This document shows positions 15,101 through 27,214 of a stretch of DNA of 64,000 bases, piece by piece; position 1 is the stretch's first letter, and the number at the start of each line of letters is the position of its first letter. Where the stretch lies: assembly GCF_003704095.1 (NCBI RefSeq), contig NW_020845073.1:806001-870000 (forward strand), read 5' to 3'. Source of the DNA: Pocillopora damicornis. Taxonomy: Eukaryota. The notes under the pieces are model-generated. The model was not told the DNA's origin. It did no database searches and saw only the letters and a list, made by a program, of their open reading frames with translations. The position numbers and the translations under genes are program-made.

Positions 15101-18100
15101 ACAGAACACTACTGCATGAACCATACAGCCCTGCATGCATAGTTCTTTAAAAACAGTAGACAAAAGTCCAAATATGAGGACCATATGCAATGGTGTGAGC
15201 AAGGTTAGAAAAAGCTGTATAATGCTTAAGATGTGAGCTGAAAGAAAAAAAGACAGAAAGAAATGCAGCAGCCATTGTGATAAAATACTCATTGACTGCG
15301 AAAACATAGGCTCAGGGAAGGACACAAGAATACTTGGTTCTTAGTCTTCTCTTATATTGGTCTACATTTCATAATGTCAGGCTGAATATTTTCACAATAT
15401 ATTGTCCTCCCTGCCCAGTATATAAGTACATGTACTTACAAGTATAAGATTTACATGTACAGTATCGGTCAAAAGTACATGTAAGTTAACAGTCTCAAAT
15501 CAATTCTCAATCCTCAAAACTTTCAAGAATCAAGGATTCAAGGATCAAGAATCAAGGTTTGAGAATCTAGGACTGAGAAGCTCAAAAAACTTTTTGAAGA
15601 TCTCCAGTTGTAGCCTTGAGGAAAGTACAATTTTATTTATATTTTATCCTCATTGTCTTTTGAATCATTTATTAGTAATAGCAAAAAAAACAAAAGGAAA
15701 GATACATTTTCTGGACTAACCTACCAATTGGACACAAAGTCTACAGAAACAGATACATTTAACCAGAGGTCAACCCACTGCATGAAATTAAATAGAGCTA
15801 ACCTCCAAGGACTCTCCATCATCATCTACAATAGTCCAACTGATTGATCCCATGGCAGCTGAGGAATACAAATTCAATGTCAGGTGAATGTCTTTGAATG
15901 GATAAATCCTTTGCAATGCAGCATCAATAACTGAGCTTATTTTTTAGTAACAGGTGACAATCAGAAATTATTTTTATTTATTATATCTTTAAAATCAACA
16001 AAACAATATTAGATATCATAATGATTATCTCTGGTATCACCTTTCAAGGGGTGATTTGCAACTTTCAACCCAGCAGACTGCCTACATTGCAGTCTGTAAT
16101 CACCCAGGAGAAATCATAGTAATTGTTAAGTACATTACATATAATAATATCATTATCCTTAGTATCATGATCTCAATAGAATTGCAGAGACACTTACTTC
16201 AAACCTCACATGTACCCCTAAGTCATATGAGGAAGTTTCAATTTAAAAGGCTCCAAGTCAAGGCTTTCATACAGTGAGTATATTGTTCAATTATGACAAC
16301 TGGATTTGAATGAGCAATAGCCATACCTTCTTTTCCAAGAGCAAGTTTTTGCAAATATCTGTCTCTTTCCCTGAAAAAAACAACATGACATGAAATTACA
16401 TTCACCCATAACATATAACAAATGTTTTGCAGTGTACTGAAGTAAGCATTTATTAATAACCTTTATGTTTACTAAAAAGGTTAACTTGAATGAAAACAAT
16501 TCACAAATTGCTAACTCCAAGTAAATTGTCAGGTCAATACTAATGGAAAAAAATCTCAACACTGTGATTTTAATACGCAAGCCAATCTTGGAACAACTTG
16601 GCTAAGTTATGGTGCTTGATTCGAAAAGTGCAAATTTCAGGCTCAGCTCTTTTGTTGCACAAGAACAATATTCCAGTGGTTAGCTTCCAACATGAGGGAT
16701 TTGTCTTTAATTAACTAAAATTTTGTAATGTTTTTTATGCAAAAATGTGTCCATAAATAGCACATGTGATCTGAATACATCCATGCTTTATGTTCATGCT
16801 CTATTACATAAGCATACATGAGAAGGAGACACATTAAAAACAAAAATTGGGTAAGAGCATTTGAGAAATGCAAAGAAGAAATCAAGTTTAGGCAAAAGGG
16901 CTGAGACAGCACACTTAAAATTAGTGTGCTCCTTCAGCGTTTAGGTTACCTGACAGGCAGAAGCAGAGAAGATAACATAGCCACAAAATGATGAACTAAA
17001 GGATTGTCCCAGTAATATGGTTCATCTACCACGTTATATCCATGGCTTTTGAATTGCGGTACAGGAAACTGGATGAATTGGGCAATTTTACTAGTGAATC
17101 CTGGAGGACACCTCAGCAAGTGATTTAACAAGAATACAAGATCTGCCAGGCAAGCTACACGCAGAAGAACAGCAACCTGTTGAAAGGACCATATATCACT
17201 GCTTTTCTTGAAAATGTTTTATAGAAATGAAGAAAAAAAATACATTGTTTAATTGTGTTTGGACATGGGGATAATTATGTCTCGGCCAATTCATAACCAA
17301 TACATTGCCCACCATGACACCATGTTGTTATAACAGTCACCTACACATTACCTATCATGAATGATGTAACCCATTTTCTGGACTAGTTTGATCACCATTC
17401 CACATTTTTGAGCCATATTAATTTTTACAATGCATAATGATTTTAAAAGAGGTGCAACAGAACTTCATCCACACCTATCCCTTTGCTTGGGATGGGACAA
17501 GCCTTAATAAGCCTTCACGCAAAAAAGCTAATTTCACAAAGCCAGCTGCAAACACTGACAACACTGCACCCTAACTGTGCCGCATTAAAATAAATGAACC
17601 ACACCATACCAGCTGTTCCATCCAGCCATTCAAAATTGTGACAAACTCTTCATCTTGAATTGGCTGTCGAACAAACATGAACAATACACTGATGCAGTCT
17701 CTCAACCTCTGGACCTCAGCCTGAGTATCTGGACTCTGTTCACCTGGGCACAATTCTAAATTGAAAAAAGGAAACTGTGTTAGCTTGCTAGCCTGATTTA
17801 CTTGGAATCCTCTAGTTATATGATTGTACAAGTAAATCAGGTCTTGTATACAGACTGTGTGGTTCAAATTCAGTATTGGTTTGAAGCTGTATCCTTCTCA
17901 AGAATGTTTCTAAGTTTGTGCCTTAGTATGAGTTTAAAACAAAGGAAAAAACCTTGAATCAGAGAGAAAAAAATTAGGCCACATCATGTGCCTTAACTTC
18001 GGGTGAAAATTTTGCAAAAAAAATGCAAGCATATACATGAAATATTGGGCCTCACAAAGTTCAAGATCAGTTGTCTACAGCTTAAATGAGACTGTTGTGA

Positions 18101-21100
18101 AACAAATTAATAATAATTATAATTATTAAATAATAATTCTAATCATTATAATGGTAGAACTTGCAAACATGGTTAAGGGCAGATGTCTGCCAAGGTGATG
18201 AGGTTCCTTTTTACCAGTCACTAGTGTCTCAGATGAAACATTCCTTGAAATGGGTGATTGAGAGAGCATGTCAAAGATGTACATATCAATGTGAAGCCGA
18301 GCAAGCTGACACGTGTATCTTTGCAAAGCAAGAGTCTGAAAAGACAAAAGTATATTAGATAAAGTAGCAGCAGAGCAAAAAATGAGGGAAGTGTTTGGGT
18401 CTGGTTTTCATTACACAACCTGACCCAAATCTCCCTCACTTTTCATTCCTATGTAACTGTCTCTATCAATATTAATTACCGTGTTTTGGTCAACTCACTA
18501 AATGTCTGATTCAACAGTCTGTTGAACCATACAAAGCTTTTACAATCTTTGAGCTCTTTGTTTGCTTCCATTTTTCCAATTAAATGGTGGCTTACAAATT
18601 TTTCTGATATTTTGTGGTCACTTGGAGCCAGAAAAAAAAAATATTAGGTATGTGTGTGATAGGTACATGCCATAATCAGGTTCTAATATAGGGTTAAGCA
18701 GCCTCTGGCTAATAAACCTTTGGTTGATGTTCTAAATCCTGAGGGAGTGCTCCTTTTTATTTAAGATAGAGATGGTACACTTTGGACCTTATAGTAAAAA
18801 TGGGATACACTCAGCCCAATTTGTTCAGTAATACCATATTATAATAAACTTTCAGGAAAACAGTCACCTGAGTTCCAAGTGCATTTATAACTATGTTACC
18901 TCATGTAAAGCTTTGTGAAGTTTTCCAAGCATGCTCTCAATCTCACCAGGAACACCAGCATTTAACTCCACTTGCTGGTAACTATGGTTGTGTGTGACAT
19001 TTACCTGGTCCAGACATTTTCCCTGCAATTGGATTGTGGTCAATAGTAGTCAACTTATCAATAAGCACTCAAGTGAAATATAATCTTGTCTTAAATAAAT
19101 AAACACTTATGTGCAAATGTGATCAGTCCACTAAGTGATTTATCAAAACAAATCTGGCAGTCAGTGAGTGGTTGTGTCTGTCAATTAGCCAGTAAGTGAG
19201 TCAATAAACAAATCTACCATTAAAAAGCCAGTCAAAAAACCAATGAATCTGTCTGTCTGTCTGTCAGTCAGTCAGTCAGTCATTCAGTCTACCAGTCTGT
19301 CAATCCCTCAGTCACTTAATTCTCAGTTAATTAACGAGTTAGTCAAACAGTCAGTCAGTCAATCAAGCACAAACTTAAGTCACTCAATTAGTTTAAAAGT
19401 CAATTAGACATAAGTCAGTTATTCAATCAATCTACCAGATGGCGACAAGTCAGTCTTAATAACTTCATTACCTGAGCTGTAACTGAGAAGTTTTTGTCAA
19501 TCCATAGTTGCTCTTTCTTCTTCTCGCACTCAGCAAGAACAATCTATTAAAACCAAAAGTAACTCTTTATTATCAGGATACAAGAAACACTGACACAGAA
19601 CATAATTTATGGCAATTTGAAATTTTCTCTATTGGTTCTTGTTAACTGAACTGACAAATTTAATCATAAATATTGACAATTATTAACAACAATAAATATT
19701 TTGTATATAAGATACTTAACTTATCATCATTACATGTAACTATTAACCACAAGCTGGAGTTGCAATTTACATGTAGCACCACAAATACCAGAGCCTACTC
19801 ACAGGCTAAATAGACTGCAGTGAGAGGTCTTATAGATTAGTGTAAACCACTGGTAACTGGCTTTGTTGAAACCACTGCTTCAGGCTAGGAATCCTTCATT
19901 CTAGTTTTCCTGGATACTACATACAAACCTCATATTCCTTTATGGCCATTGCCAGAGCATTTCTCCCTCTGAAGTAAGCATTCACAAGTTCATAGAACTC
20001 ATGATCATCTTGTTTGCTAATCTGTCAATTAAGTTAAATGCGCATGTCAGAACTGCATACTAGACAAAACATTTTAAACAACTGATGAAAAAGAGCATGA
20101 GTGCCCTTTGTCATCAGTAAGAGAACACCAGGAAGTTATGATAAGTGGTTGTGTTCTTCAGATGCTAGCTAATAGCCATAATAGTGGTAGTGCATACAAA
20201 GATGGTCTATTCCATAAACTTTGTTAAAATTTAATTGTATGCAGTCTGGCAATTGTTATGCATGGGCAAGTAAGAATGGTGTATCTTTGGAGGGAGATTT
20301 TAAATTGATTGTTGCCACAAATACAGGCTTCCCTAGCTGCCTCCCCTCACTTGTAAGGTGCAGACCTGTGAATATTGATTGGAAAGTACCCAACACTGAA
20401 ATCAAAAGAATAACCACATGGAACAAACAAGAACACAACAGAGACTTGTGACAATTTTAGTGCAAACAGGGCTAAAGGAAAAAATTTCCATTAAATAATG
20501 ATATCATCATGTGTAAGAGCTAATCAAGATAATGCCATGCAGAACCTTTTAATTCAGTGTTTATCATTCAAGTCACCTTCTTGTTTACTGAGATATGTGG
20601 TGTGGTAAAAAATATTCTTTGCTTCAAAAATTTTCAAATCAGGTTAATTTCAATAAGTTTTTCTTTGCCGACATGTAAGATTCTGGTAACCTTAAAAGAT
20701 CAGAGATGAAGGAAAGTCAAAATTAAATTGGTTTGAAAATGTTGAAACAAAGGAATATTTGAAAAACAACAAGTGCAAACCACACATTATCAACTATTTA
20801 AATACCACCACAGGCAATCCACTCCCAGGAACACAGCAAAGTTCACTGGTGTTTGTTTGACTCATACCTTAATAAAGTGCTCCACAAAATCTTCCATCTG
20901 TTCCAACAGAGGGTTGAAGTACAGAGTTTTCAGGTGGTCTTCACTAAATGCTTCTAGAGTCATTCTGTACTGCCTTATGCTTGTTACTGTTTGTGAGGAA
21001 AGTCACCAAAATGGTAAACAATTGATATACAGGGATTTATCAAACAAAGAAACAAAAACTCTCTCTTCTGCCTCTGTCCATTTAGTAATATCTTGCTGAA

Positions 21101-23765
21101 AACTAGTAGTACCTCTCATATAAGTAATAGGTTATTACCCTATCATGTTTCATGCATTTGCCATGCTCATCCTTGGGAACAAAATTTAATAAATATCTAT
21201 AACTGGGCCCGGTAGTTCGAAGGTCGATTAGTGCTAACCCAGGATTAAATTTAAATCCAGGTTTCTGTATGTCTTTGTTCAAATGCCTTTTCTGGATAAT
21301 TTTCTCTTTTCTTTTTAAAGCATCCAAGACCATATTTTGGACAAAGTGAATTAGATGGATTTTTCTCTAACAGCTTTCAGATCTGAAACCAGATTTCATA
21401 TTAACCCTGAGTTATCTTAACCCAGCTTTGAACAACTTGGCCCTGGACACAATTCTCTTGCCTGCATTAACCAATTCTTTTTGCCAAACAAAAAAAAACC
21501 ATTCATGATTAAATCCTTGACTGACACATTATCTTAAAAAACTGCTTCAGGAGGGAGTGGTATTTTCTCAAAACCTCTGAAGATAAAATGATCACAATGG
21601 AGAAGGTTTTGTCAAAATGTATCTTTCTGATTGTCTTTGGAAAATTTGGGTATATCAATGAAAGATCTTTTGTTCTTTATCTTACTGCGAGCATGGAACA
21701 CAGGAAAATTCTGAGTCCCAATGAGAAAGCTAACCTTAGATGTATGGATTGTGTGCTCTAATGCTCTACCACTGAGCCAAAGGCCATTACAAGGTTCATA
21801 CATATATGTGACACACGTCCTGTATACTAGTAGGATCAGTAAAGTCAAAAGCCTTGTTTGATTCAACAGAATGAGGAGGATAGCCAATTTTAAGTTTGGT
21901 AATATAGATAAGAAAGATATGTTTTTGTCTGAACACTAGGATAATGCAAACTAAAAATGCAAGCTATCATAAGGAATCAAACCTTAGACCTTCAAATTCT
22001 GTACTCCAACCCTCTAGCACTGAGCCACAGAGACTCTATAGTGTGCAATGCCATTAATAGGTTCATATGCTCTTCTTATATTAAGTCAAATATGAGGCTT
22101 TTGATACTACTGATCCTAGCAGTATGTGTAATATATATGAATTAATCAATTGCCTGGCTCACTTTAGAATCTCTGTGGCTTAGTGGCAGAGCACAGAAAA
22201 CCACAGGTACGAGGCTGATGCGTCATGGCAATTCACAGTTTATTCCAGGTCCCATACTCTTAACAAGATAACAAAAACATTGTTCTTCATTTCATTTCCA
22301 AGCTTAAAATTTACCACCTTTCTAATTCTTTTTTAACCCTTCAACTTCCAATATCTCATTAGTAATTCTTCTTACTGTCTGCCAAACAGTTCTTGTGTTG
22401 TTAGTTTGGAGAATTTGGCATTGGATCAACCTATAATCCTCTAACTGATATTTTTCTTTATCCTCATTACTTGTCTGCTTGATATTGTATTGATATTGTA
22501 AGGAGAAATTCTGTCTTGGTCACTCATGGGAGTTAAAGGGTTAATCCACACAAAGCTATCCAAAATGCCACTCAGGGAACATTGTTGCAAAACTTTGAGC
22601 AACTTTGGATTGGATCAGATCTACAACAAAAATATTTCTTTCCCTTAATTTAAACATTCATGTAGATTACAGGTAAACATGTACTTGTCTATTTTTAACA
22701 TCTAACAAGGTGCAATATATAAGTGAGGAGCCAATTAGGCCTTACCTGACTTTTTGGCGAAAGAGTCTAGTTCTGGATATAACTGAGGTGTTCTTACTTC
22801 CTCATTGCTTACTGGTAACTCCCTGTCACCAATTTGTGGTAGTAAATTTCCAGAACTGTTGACTTTGTCATCCTGTTGTGATCTGCTGCTACTCAAAGTT
22901 ACACTTGTTTCATTTTCTTGTGTTTTCTCAACTTGAGTAGGAATTTGACGACTTCTCTCTATTTCATCCCCTGTGGTAACCTGTGTTGTACTTTCACTGA
23001 CATCAACATTTTCTAGTGTTGACATAAATTCAGGTTTGTTAACATCACTCTGAGCTTCATCTTTACTCTTATTTTTGTACTCCAGTTCTACAGTTTCCCT
23101 TATTAGACCTCTATCTGTTTCAATTGCATTTTCTTTCTGTAATTGATCAGGAATTTGATTATCTGTGCCCATTTCAACTCCAGTGGTAGCCTGTGCTATA
23201 CTTGTATGGACAGCTTGATTTTCAAGTGTTGAACATTTTTCAGGTTCATCTTTAACACTATGATCTGCATGAGCTGAAGATTTTGATTCATTGTCATCTT
23301 CAGTTACTGAAGCATTCACATTTGATTTTGTCTCACTGTTGAAACTCTCCAGTTCTTTGACATCCTCAGTCTCATTTTCGTCCTTTTGTGAGGGTAAAAC
23401 CTCTTCATTTTTCTCAGCTAATTGAGAAGTGCCGGGAAGGAGAGTAGTCACTGAATCTTCTGTCACGGGCTCAGCTGCGAAAGCATTTTCACTTAGCTTT
23501 GTCACTTCATTTGTTTCCCCTTCAGAAACAGTACTGAGAGTAGCATCTGTAAAATAATGGACAGGACTAACATAAAAAAAAAATAGAAATGACATGATAC
23601 ATTTCGTAAATCGCTGTGTTTTCAAAACAAAACAAAACCCTCCGCGATGAAACATAAGCATTATAGACCTTTTGAGGCTTCAGATTCTTTCCCCGCTGAT
23701 GCAGATTTTGTGGCCGCGTCTTTAGATCTTCGCTTATGTTTCCTCTTCGGTTTGGTAGCTTCCAT
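164..23765 (-). CDS. EPG5: Ectopic P granules protein 5 homolog (autophagy tethering factor); multi-exon, 3' part lies outside the window
   Basis: ATG at 23765 ([15 protein letters not shown]). GT-AG exons: 23765-23669, 23546-22746, 20986-20868, 20021-19929, 19543-19472, 19022-18900, 18335-18215, 17755-17610, 17176-16950, 16370-16327, 15858-15803, ~14921-14800, ~14359-14191, ~13984-13795, 13173-13007, 12912-~12767, ~12220-12080, 11510-11346, 10598-10449, 10033-9862, 9397-9232, 8864-8724, 8384-8264, 7878-7781, 7192-7090, then further exons near 6.15, 5.9, 5.2, 4.3, 3.4, 2.65, 2.0, 1.67, 0.86 and 0.5 kb and at 285-164. Peptides match vertebrate EPG5 as I recall it: [80 protein letters not shown]. 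Confidence 0.93.
1014..1250. repeat. 12-bp tandem repeat (CTCGTTCGTACA / CTCGTTCGTACC), ~19-20 copies, in an EPG5 intron
   Basis: Direct reading. The unit has no stop codon in any frame, which explains the overlapping repetitive ORFs at 916-1410. Confidence 0.95.
6286..6535 (+). mobile_element. tRNA-derived repeat/SINE-like element containing a degenerate tRNA(Thr)-like segment at ~6340-6412
   Basis: GGCTTGTTAGCTCAGTTGGTAGAGCG (A-box-like) ... GGTTCAAATCCC (B-box-like). Anticodon and acceptor stems are mismatched, so this is unlikely to be a functional tRNA. Lies in an EPG5 intron. Confidence 0.7.
8432..8645. mobile_element. piggyBac-like MITE, degenerate copy
   Basis: Ends (C)TAACCCTTTAAA...TTTAAAGGGTTTT; internal sequence similar to the copies at 26231 and 52894. 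Confidence 0.7.
10623..10880. repeat. Interspersed repeat (TAGAGC..TTCAATTGAGTGTCGAAAGTAATC...CCAATCAG family); related degenerate copies at ~1420-1558 and ~6557-6710
   Basis: Similar GATTGG/CCAATCA-rich segments recur in several EPG5 introns. Confidence 0.6.
19250..19430. repeat. Degenerate (CAGT/CTGT)n microsatellite
   Basis: ctgtctgtctgtcagtcagtcagtcagtcattcagt... read directly. Confidence 0.75.
21203..21446. mobile_element. MITE with imperfect terminal inverted repeats
   Basis: CTGGGCCCGGTAGTTCGAAGG...TAACCCAGGATTAAAT versus TTAACCCTGAGTTA...AGCTTTGAACAACTTGGCCCTG. Confidence 0.6.
21685..22320. mobile_element. Cluster of degenerate tRNA-derived SINE-like fragments in both orientations
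   Basis: GCTCTACCACTGAGCC (reverse A-box-like) at ~21763 and ~22012; forward GTGGCTTAGTGGCAGAGCA at ~22175. Confidence 0.5.
22333..22544. mobile_element. piggyBac-like MITE with TTAA target site
   Basis: TTAA|CCCTTCAACTTCCA ... TGGGAGTTAAAGGG|TTAA. Confidence 0.8.
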
Positions 23766-24196
23766 CGCATGTCTAATTCAGCTGATTTTCGCAAAATCTA
23801 TTATGGGTCTGCTCCTATCAGGATTCAGTCACTTCCAAATCAAGGGTCTATCCCATGACTCTTTGAGAACTTCCGGTTTGCAAATTAAAGATGGCGCGAA
23901 CTTTGGAACTTCGCGGAAAAAATGTGAGTGAAAGTTAGTCCAGAAAACAGTTTTCATGACAATTCATTGTCTTGTTTAGAAATTTATAAGTAATTATGTA
24001 CATATCAAGACACCCAGCGTATCTTTAGAGACTCCTTTTAGAGAGCACTCAAACCGGTTTTTATTGTAAGAGCCTTCTATGTTTACGATTTTTTTCAAAT
24101 GAGCCAGCAATGTTATACAGCCACGAGAAGCTAAGCTTCGATAGGTACGTGGTGTTTCCAGCACGTTCTGAGGCATACGCGAACTCGGAGGTTTTG
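23766..24196. promoter_or_regulatory. Putative bidirectional promoter/5' UTR region between EPG5 and MESD
   Basis: 431 bp between divergent ATGs; ETS-type ACTTCCGGT at 23869-23877 and YY1-type AAGATGGCG at 23888-23896. Confidence 0.6.
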
Positions 24197-26107
24197 ATGG
24201 CGAGACACTCTTGCAAGTTCGCTTTTCTATTTTTAACATTGTTTCTGGTCGTTCTTCTGGAAGACGGTTGCCTTGGCAAAGAGAAGAAACCAGATCCGAA
24301 GAACAAGAAGGAAAAGAGCAGTAAAATAGGCAAGAATGTGATGGATTACACGGAAGCAGATCTGCACAAATTACTCGACCAATGGGAAGTAAGCACGAAG
24401 ACATAAACATTGTTGTTTTTCTTTTTAACTTCTCGCTTAAGGGTGTCAGAATCATTAACCATAGATTGTAGACTCACTTAAGGTATTTGGAATAGAATGG
24501 CATTAGTTTTAAATTAGAATAGAATGGCATTAGGTTAAATTTTCTTCAGAGCTATTATGAAAACATTTGATGCTCTGAAATTTATTATACCGATGGCCTC
24601 TTAATATTTTGAGGTGAATTCGATTGGAACACACATTTTCCATTTTTTCAGGGATGGATTCAATCTCGATTGTTGTCTCTTAAGTTTCTTTCAAGGGCTT
24701 TTCTTCCGTGTTGTAGAGTCCCTGAGACTCACTCTTTGTGTAATGGCTTTCAATTGTTGAGAATACCTTAGCCTTATGATAGTTGGATTTATGTTAAGGA
24801 ACACCCCAGCCCAGGGGACACCTCCATTTTTAGGGCATTGGCTTTGTTCCCATTCAAATGGTAAGCTCTTATAATCTCTATATATTTCAGTGCTGTTAAA
24901 GGCACCTCTAAAGTGAGTTCCAATGTACACTTGTGCTGATCTTAGGAGTTTCACATGGATAAATGTTCAACCATGTAGACGCTCTTTAGTTACATGTTCT
25001 CTCCTTCACTTAGGAAAATGATGAAGATATTGAGGAAGAAGATCGGTATGATGACAATGACCCCAGAAAGCCACCACTGCCAGGTGGAGGCTTTGATCCT
25101 CAACAGTTCAAGAATGACCCAATGGCTCTTTTGAAAGCATCTAAGAAGGGGAAAGTTATCATGATGTTTGTGTCAGTGGCTGGGAATCCAAGTAAAAAAG
25201 AAACAGAACAGATAACTGCAAGGTGGCAGACAAGTCTTTTCAATGCTCAATTTCAGATTGAAAGGTATTATACAACACATGAATATATGTCTTAAGTGTC
25301 ATTTTTGTCCTGTTAGGCTTTCTTTTTTACAAATATTATTTATGTATACATATATATGTGAAGTCTGTGTTTTGATTTTTCCATAGTACAGTTCTTGATA
25401 CGTAGAAGTAGAGCATGATATTTATTGAGATAGGAAAAAACAAAGAGACTACAATTTCATCCCGATCAGCCTGTTTTGTGATTAACTCACTCTTCAGGGG
25501 ATTTAAATGACAAGAATATTCATAACTATCATTAACTTACTTTAACATTTGCATAATTGATGTGGCAATAAATTTGGATGTTTTGTTCAGATGTTACACA
25601 GCAACATATATATTGCTGCTATGCAGCAACACACACACATATAATTTGATTGCATTACTTATGTCATATTTGTGACTTTCGCTAAGTGGACATAAAGGTG
25701 ACATGAACCTGTCCCTCATCTTTTTGTTACATGTCTGCAATTTAAGTTTGATTCAGTCTATTTGACTCCACTGTGAGTTGTGTCTAGCATTTGAAACAAT
25801 TTCCTGTTTTAAAAAAAAAGGGAAGAAAGGATGGATGAAAGAATTGTTCGATGCACAAAGTAGATCTACCAAGAGTCTCTGCAAATAACCTGCCTGAAGT
25901 AATTCACTATTTATGAATCTTCTGTCTATGCTCAGGTATATTGTTGCAGATGACCGTGCTCTCTTCATGCTCAAGGATGGTAGCTTGGCTTGGGATGTCA
26001 AAGATTTTCTGATTACTCAGCCAGATTGTAAATTAGTTGAATTTGATAATCAGCAGTTCCCAGGAGCTGGTGCAAAAAGTGATCCAACAGCTAAAACTGA
26101 ACTCTGA
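24197..26107 (+). CDS. MESD: LRP/LDLR chaperone MESD (Boca), 3 exons, ~204 aa
   Basis: Exons 24197-24388, 25014-25264 and 25936-26107 (615 nt, in frame). Signal peptide; DYTEADLHKLLDQWEENDE; SKKGKVIMMFVSVAGNP; WQTSLFNAQFQIERYIVADDRALFMLKDGSLAWDVKDFLITQPDC; C-terminal KTEL ER-retrieval-like signal. Confidence 0.96.
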
Positions 26108-26230
26108 TGTGATGCCATTTCTCATTAATAATGTTAAAGAATTGTACATTATTTCCAGCTAGTATTTTTATTAATATGTTAACTCTGGAGTTAAAGGTTA
26201 CGGTAAACTTGAGATGATGCTTCACGCTGT

Positions 26231-26783
26231 TTAACCTTCTACACACTAACATTAGTATCCAAAATATCCATAGTCATCTCTATACATTTCATTGGAAGTT
26301 ACTAAAACAAGGAATGACCTAAAATGATCTAAAATATGGCCATGATTGATTTCGAAAATGACTTAAAATGACCCAAAATTACCTTGAGTGATTTCTAAAA
26401 TGACCTAAAATAACCTAATATCCAACCAGTCCAATCCAGATTTTGTCAGTGCTGCAAACTCAAGGTCATTTTAGGTCATTTTAGGTCATTTTAGAAATCA
26501 CTCAAGGTCATTTTAGGTTATTTTAGGTCATTTTAGAAATCACTCAAGGTCATTTTGGGTCATTTTTTAGAAATCACTTAAGATCATTTTAGGTCTTTTT
26601 AGGTCATTCCTTGTTTTAGAAACTACCGCATTTCATTTGGTACTGACAACAAGTGTTTGTTTAACAATCAGCTTCTTATGTTGGCAATCATTTCATATAT
26701 TCTCATGATCTTTATGAACAATTTGGAAGTAAAACTATAAGGAGAAATTAGATGCTGGTAACTCTTAGGTTTTAAGGGGTTAA
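26231..26783. mobile_element. piggyBac-like MITE (TTAA-flanked) interrupted by a nested element
   Basis: TTAACCTTCTACAC ... TTTAAGGGGTTAA. Removing the nested element restores TATACATTTCATTTGGTACTGAC, similar to the other copies. Confidence 0.75.
26293..26628. mobile_element. Foldback-type non-autonomous DNA element built from 10-bp AATGACCTAA subrepeats
   Basis: Inverted ends TGGAAGTTACTAAAACAAGGAATGACCTAAAA / TTTTAGGTCATTCCTTGTTTTAGAAACTACCG; direct repeat CATTTCAT at 26285-26292 and 26629-26636. Confidence 0.8.
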
Positions 26784-27214
26784 ACATGGCAGGTAACCAG
26801 AGACAGAAGCAAGCAAAAGACATTGAAAGGAGCCAGAAGGATCTTGGCAACCTGCTAAAGTATGCAAGAGAAATCCACATCAGACCTATTACTGGAACAA
26901 AATACATTTTGTAGGATGCAAGCAAAGCTCCTGATTTATGAAGAGACTTAGGTTGATTATGTAGATTTATAAATTTCCTGAGACATGCAAAAATGTTTAA
27001 AGGATGTGTCACATATTTTCTTAGCTTTAGGTTTTGATTAGGTTTTTGTAATCTAAAAATCCTTACAAGGAACAAATCACAGGGCTGTGCTCTAGCCAAG
27101 TGGGGTCACTCTGGCAAGTGGGAAACTGGTTCATTTATCTTTGCATTTGTGAAAGCTTTGCATCAGGTTTCTGTGACAAGAACTATCAAATACTAAGTGA
27201 TTCTTCTTACAGCA

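Noticed and set aside
23994-24455. 153-aa minus-strand ORF
   Set aside because: Antisense shadow of MESD exon 1 with no recognisable motif.
26096-26107. KTEL instead of KDEL/REDL at the MESD C-terminus
   Set aside because: KTEL is a known KDEL-like variant; not unusual.
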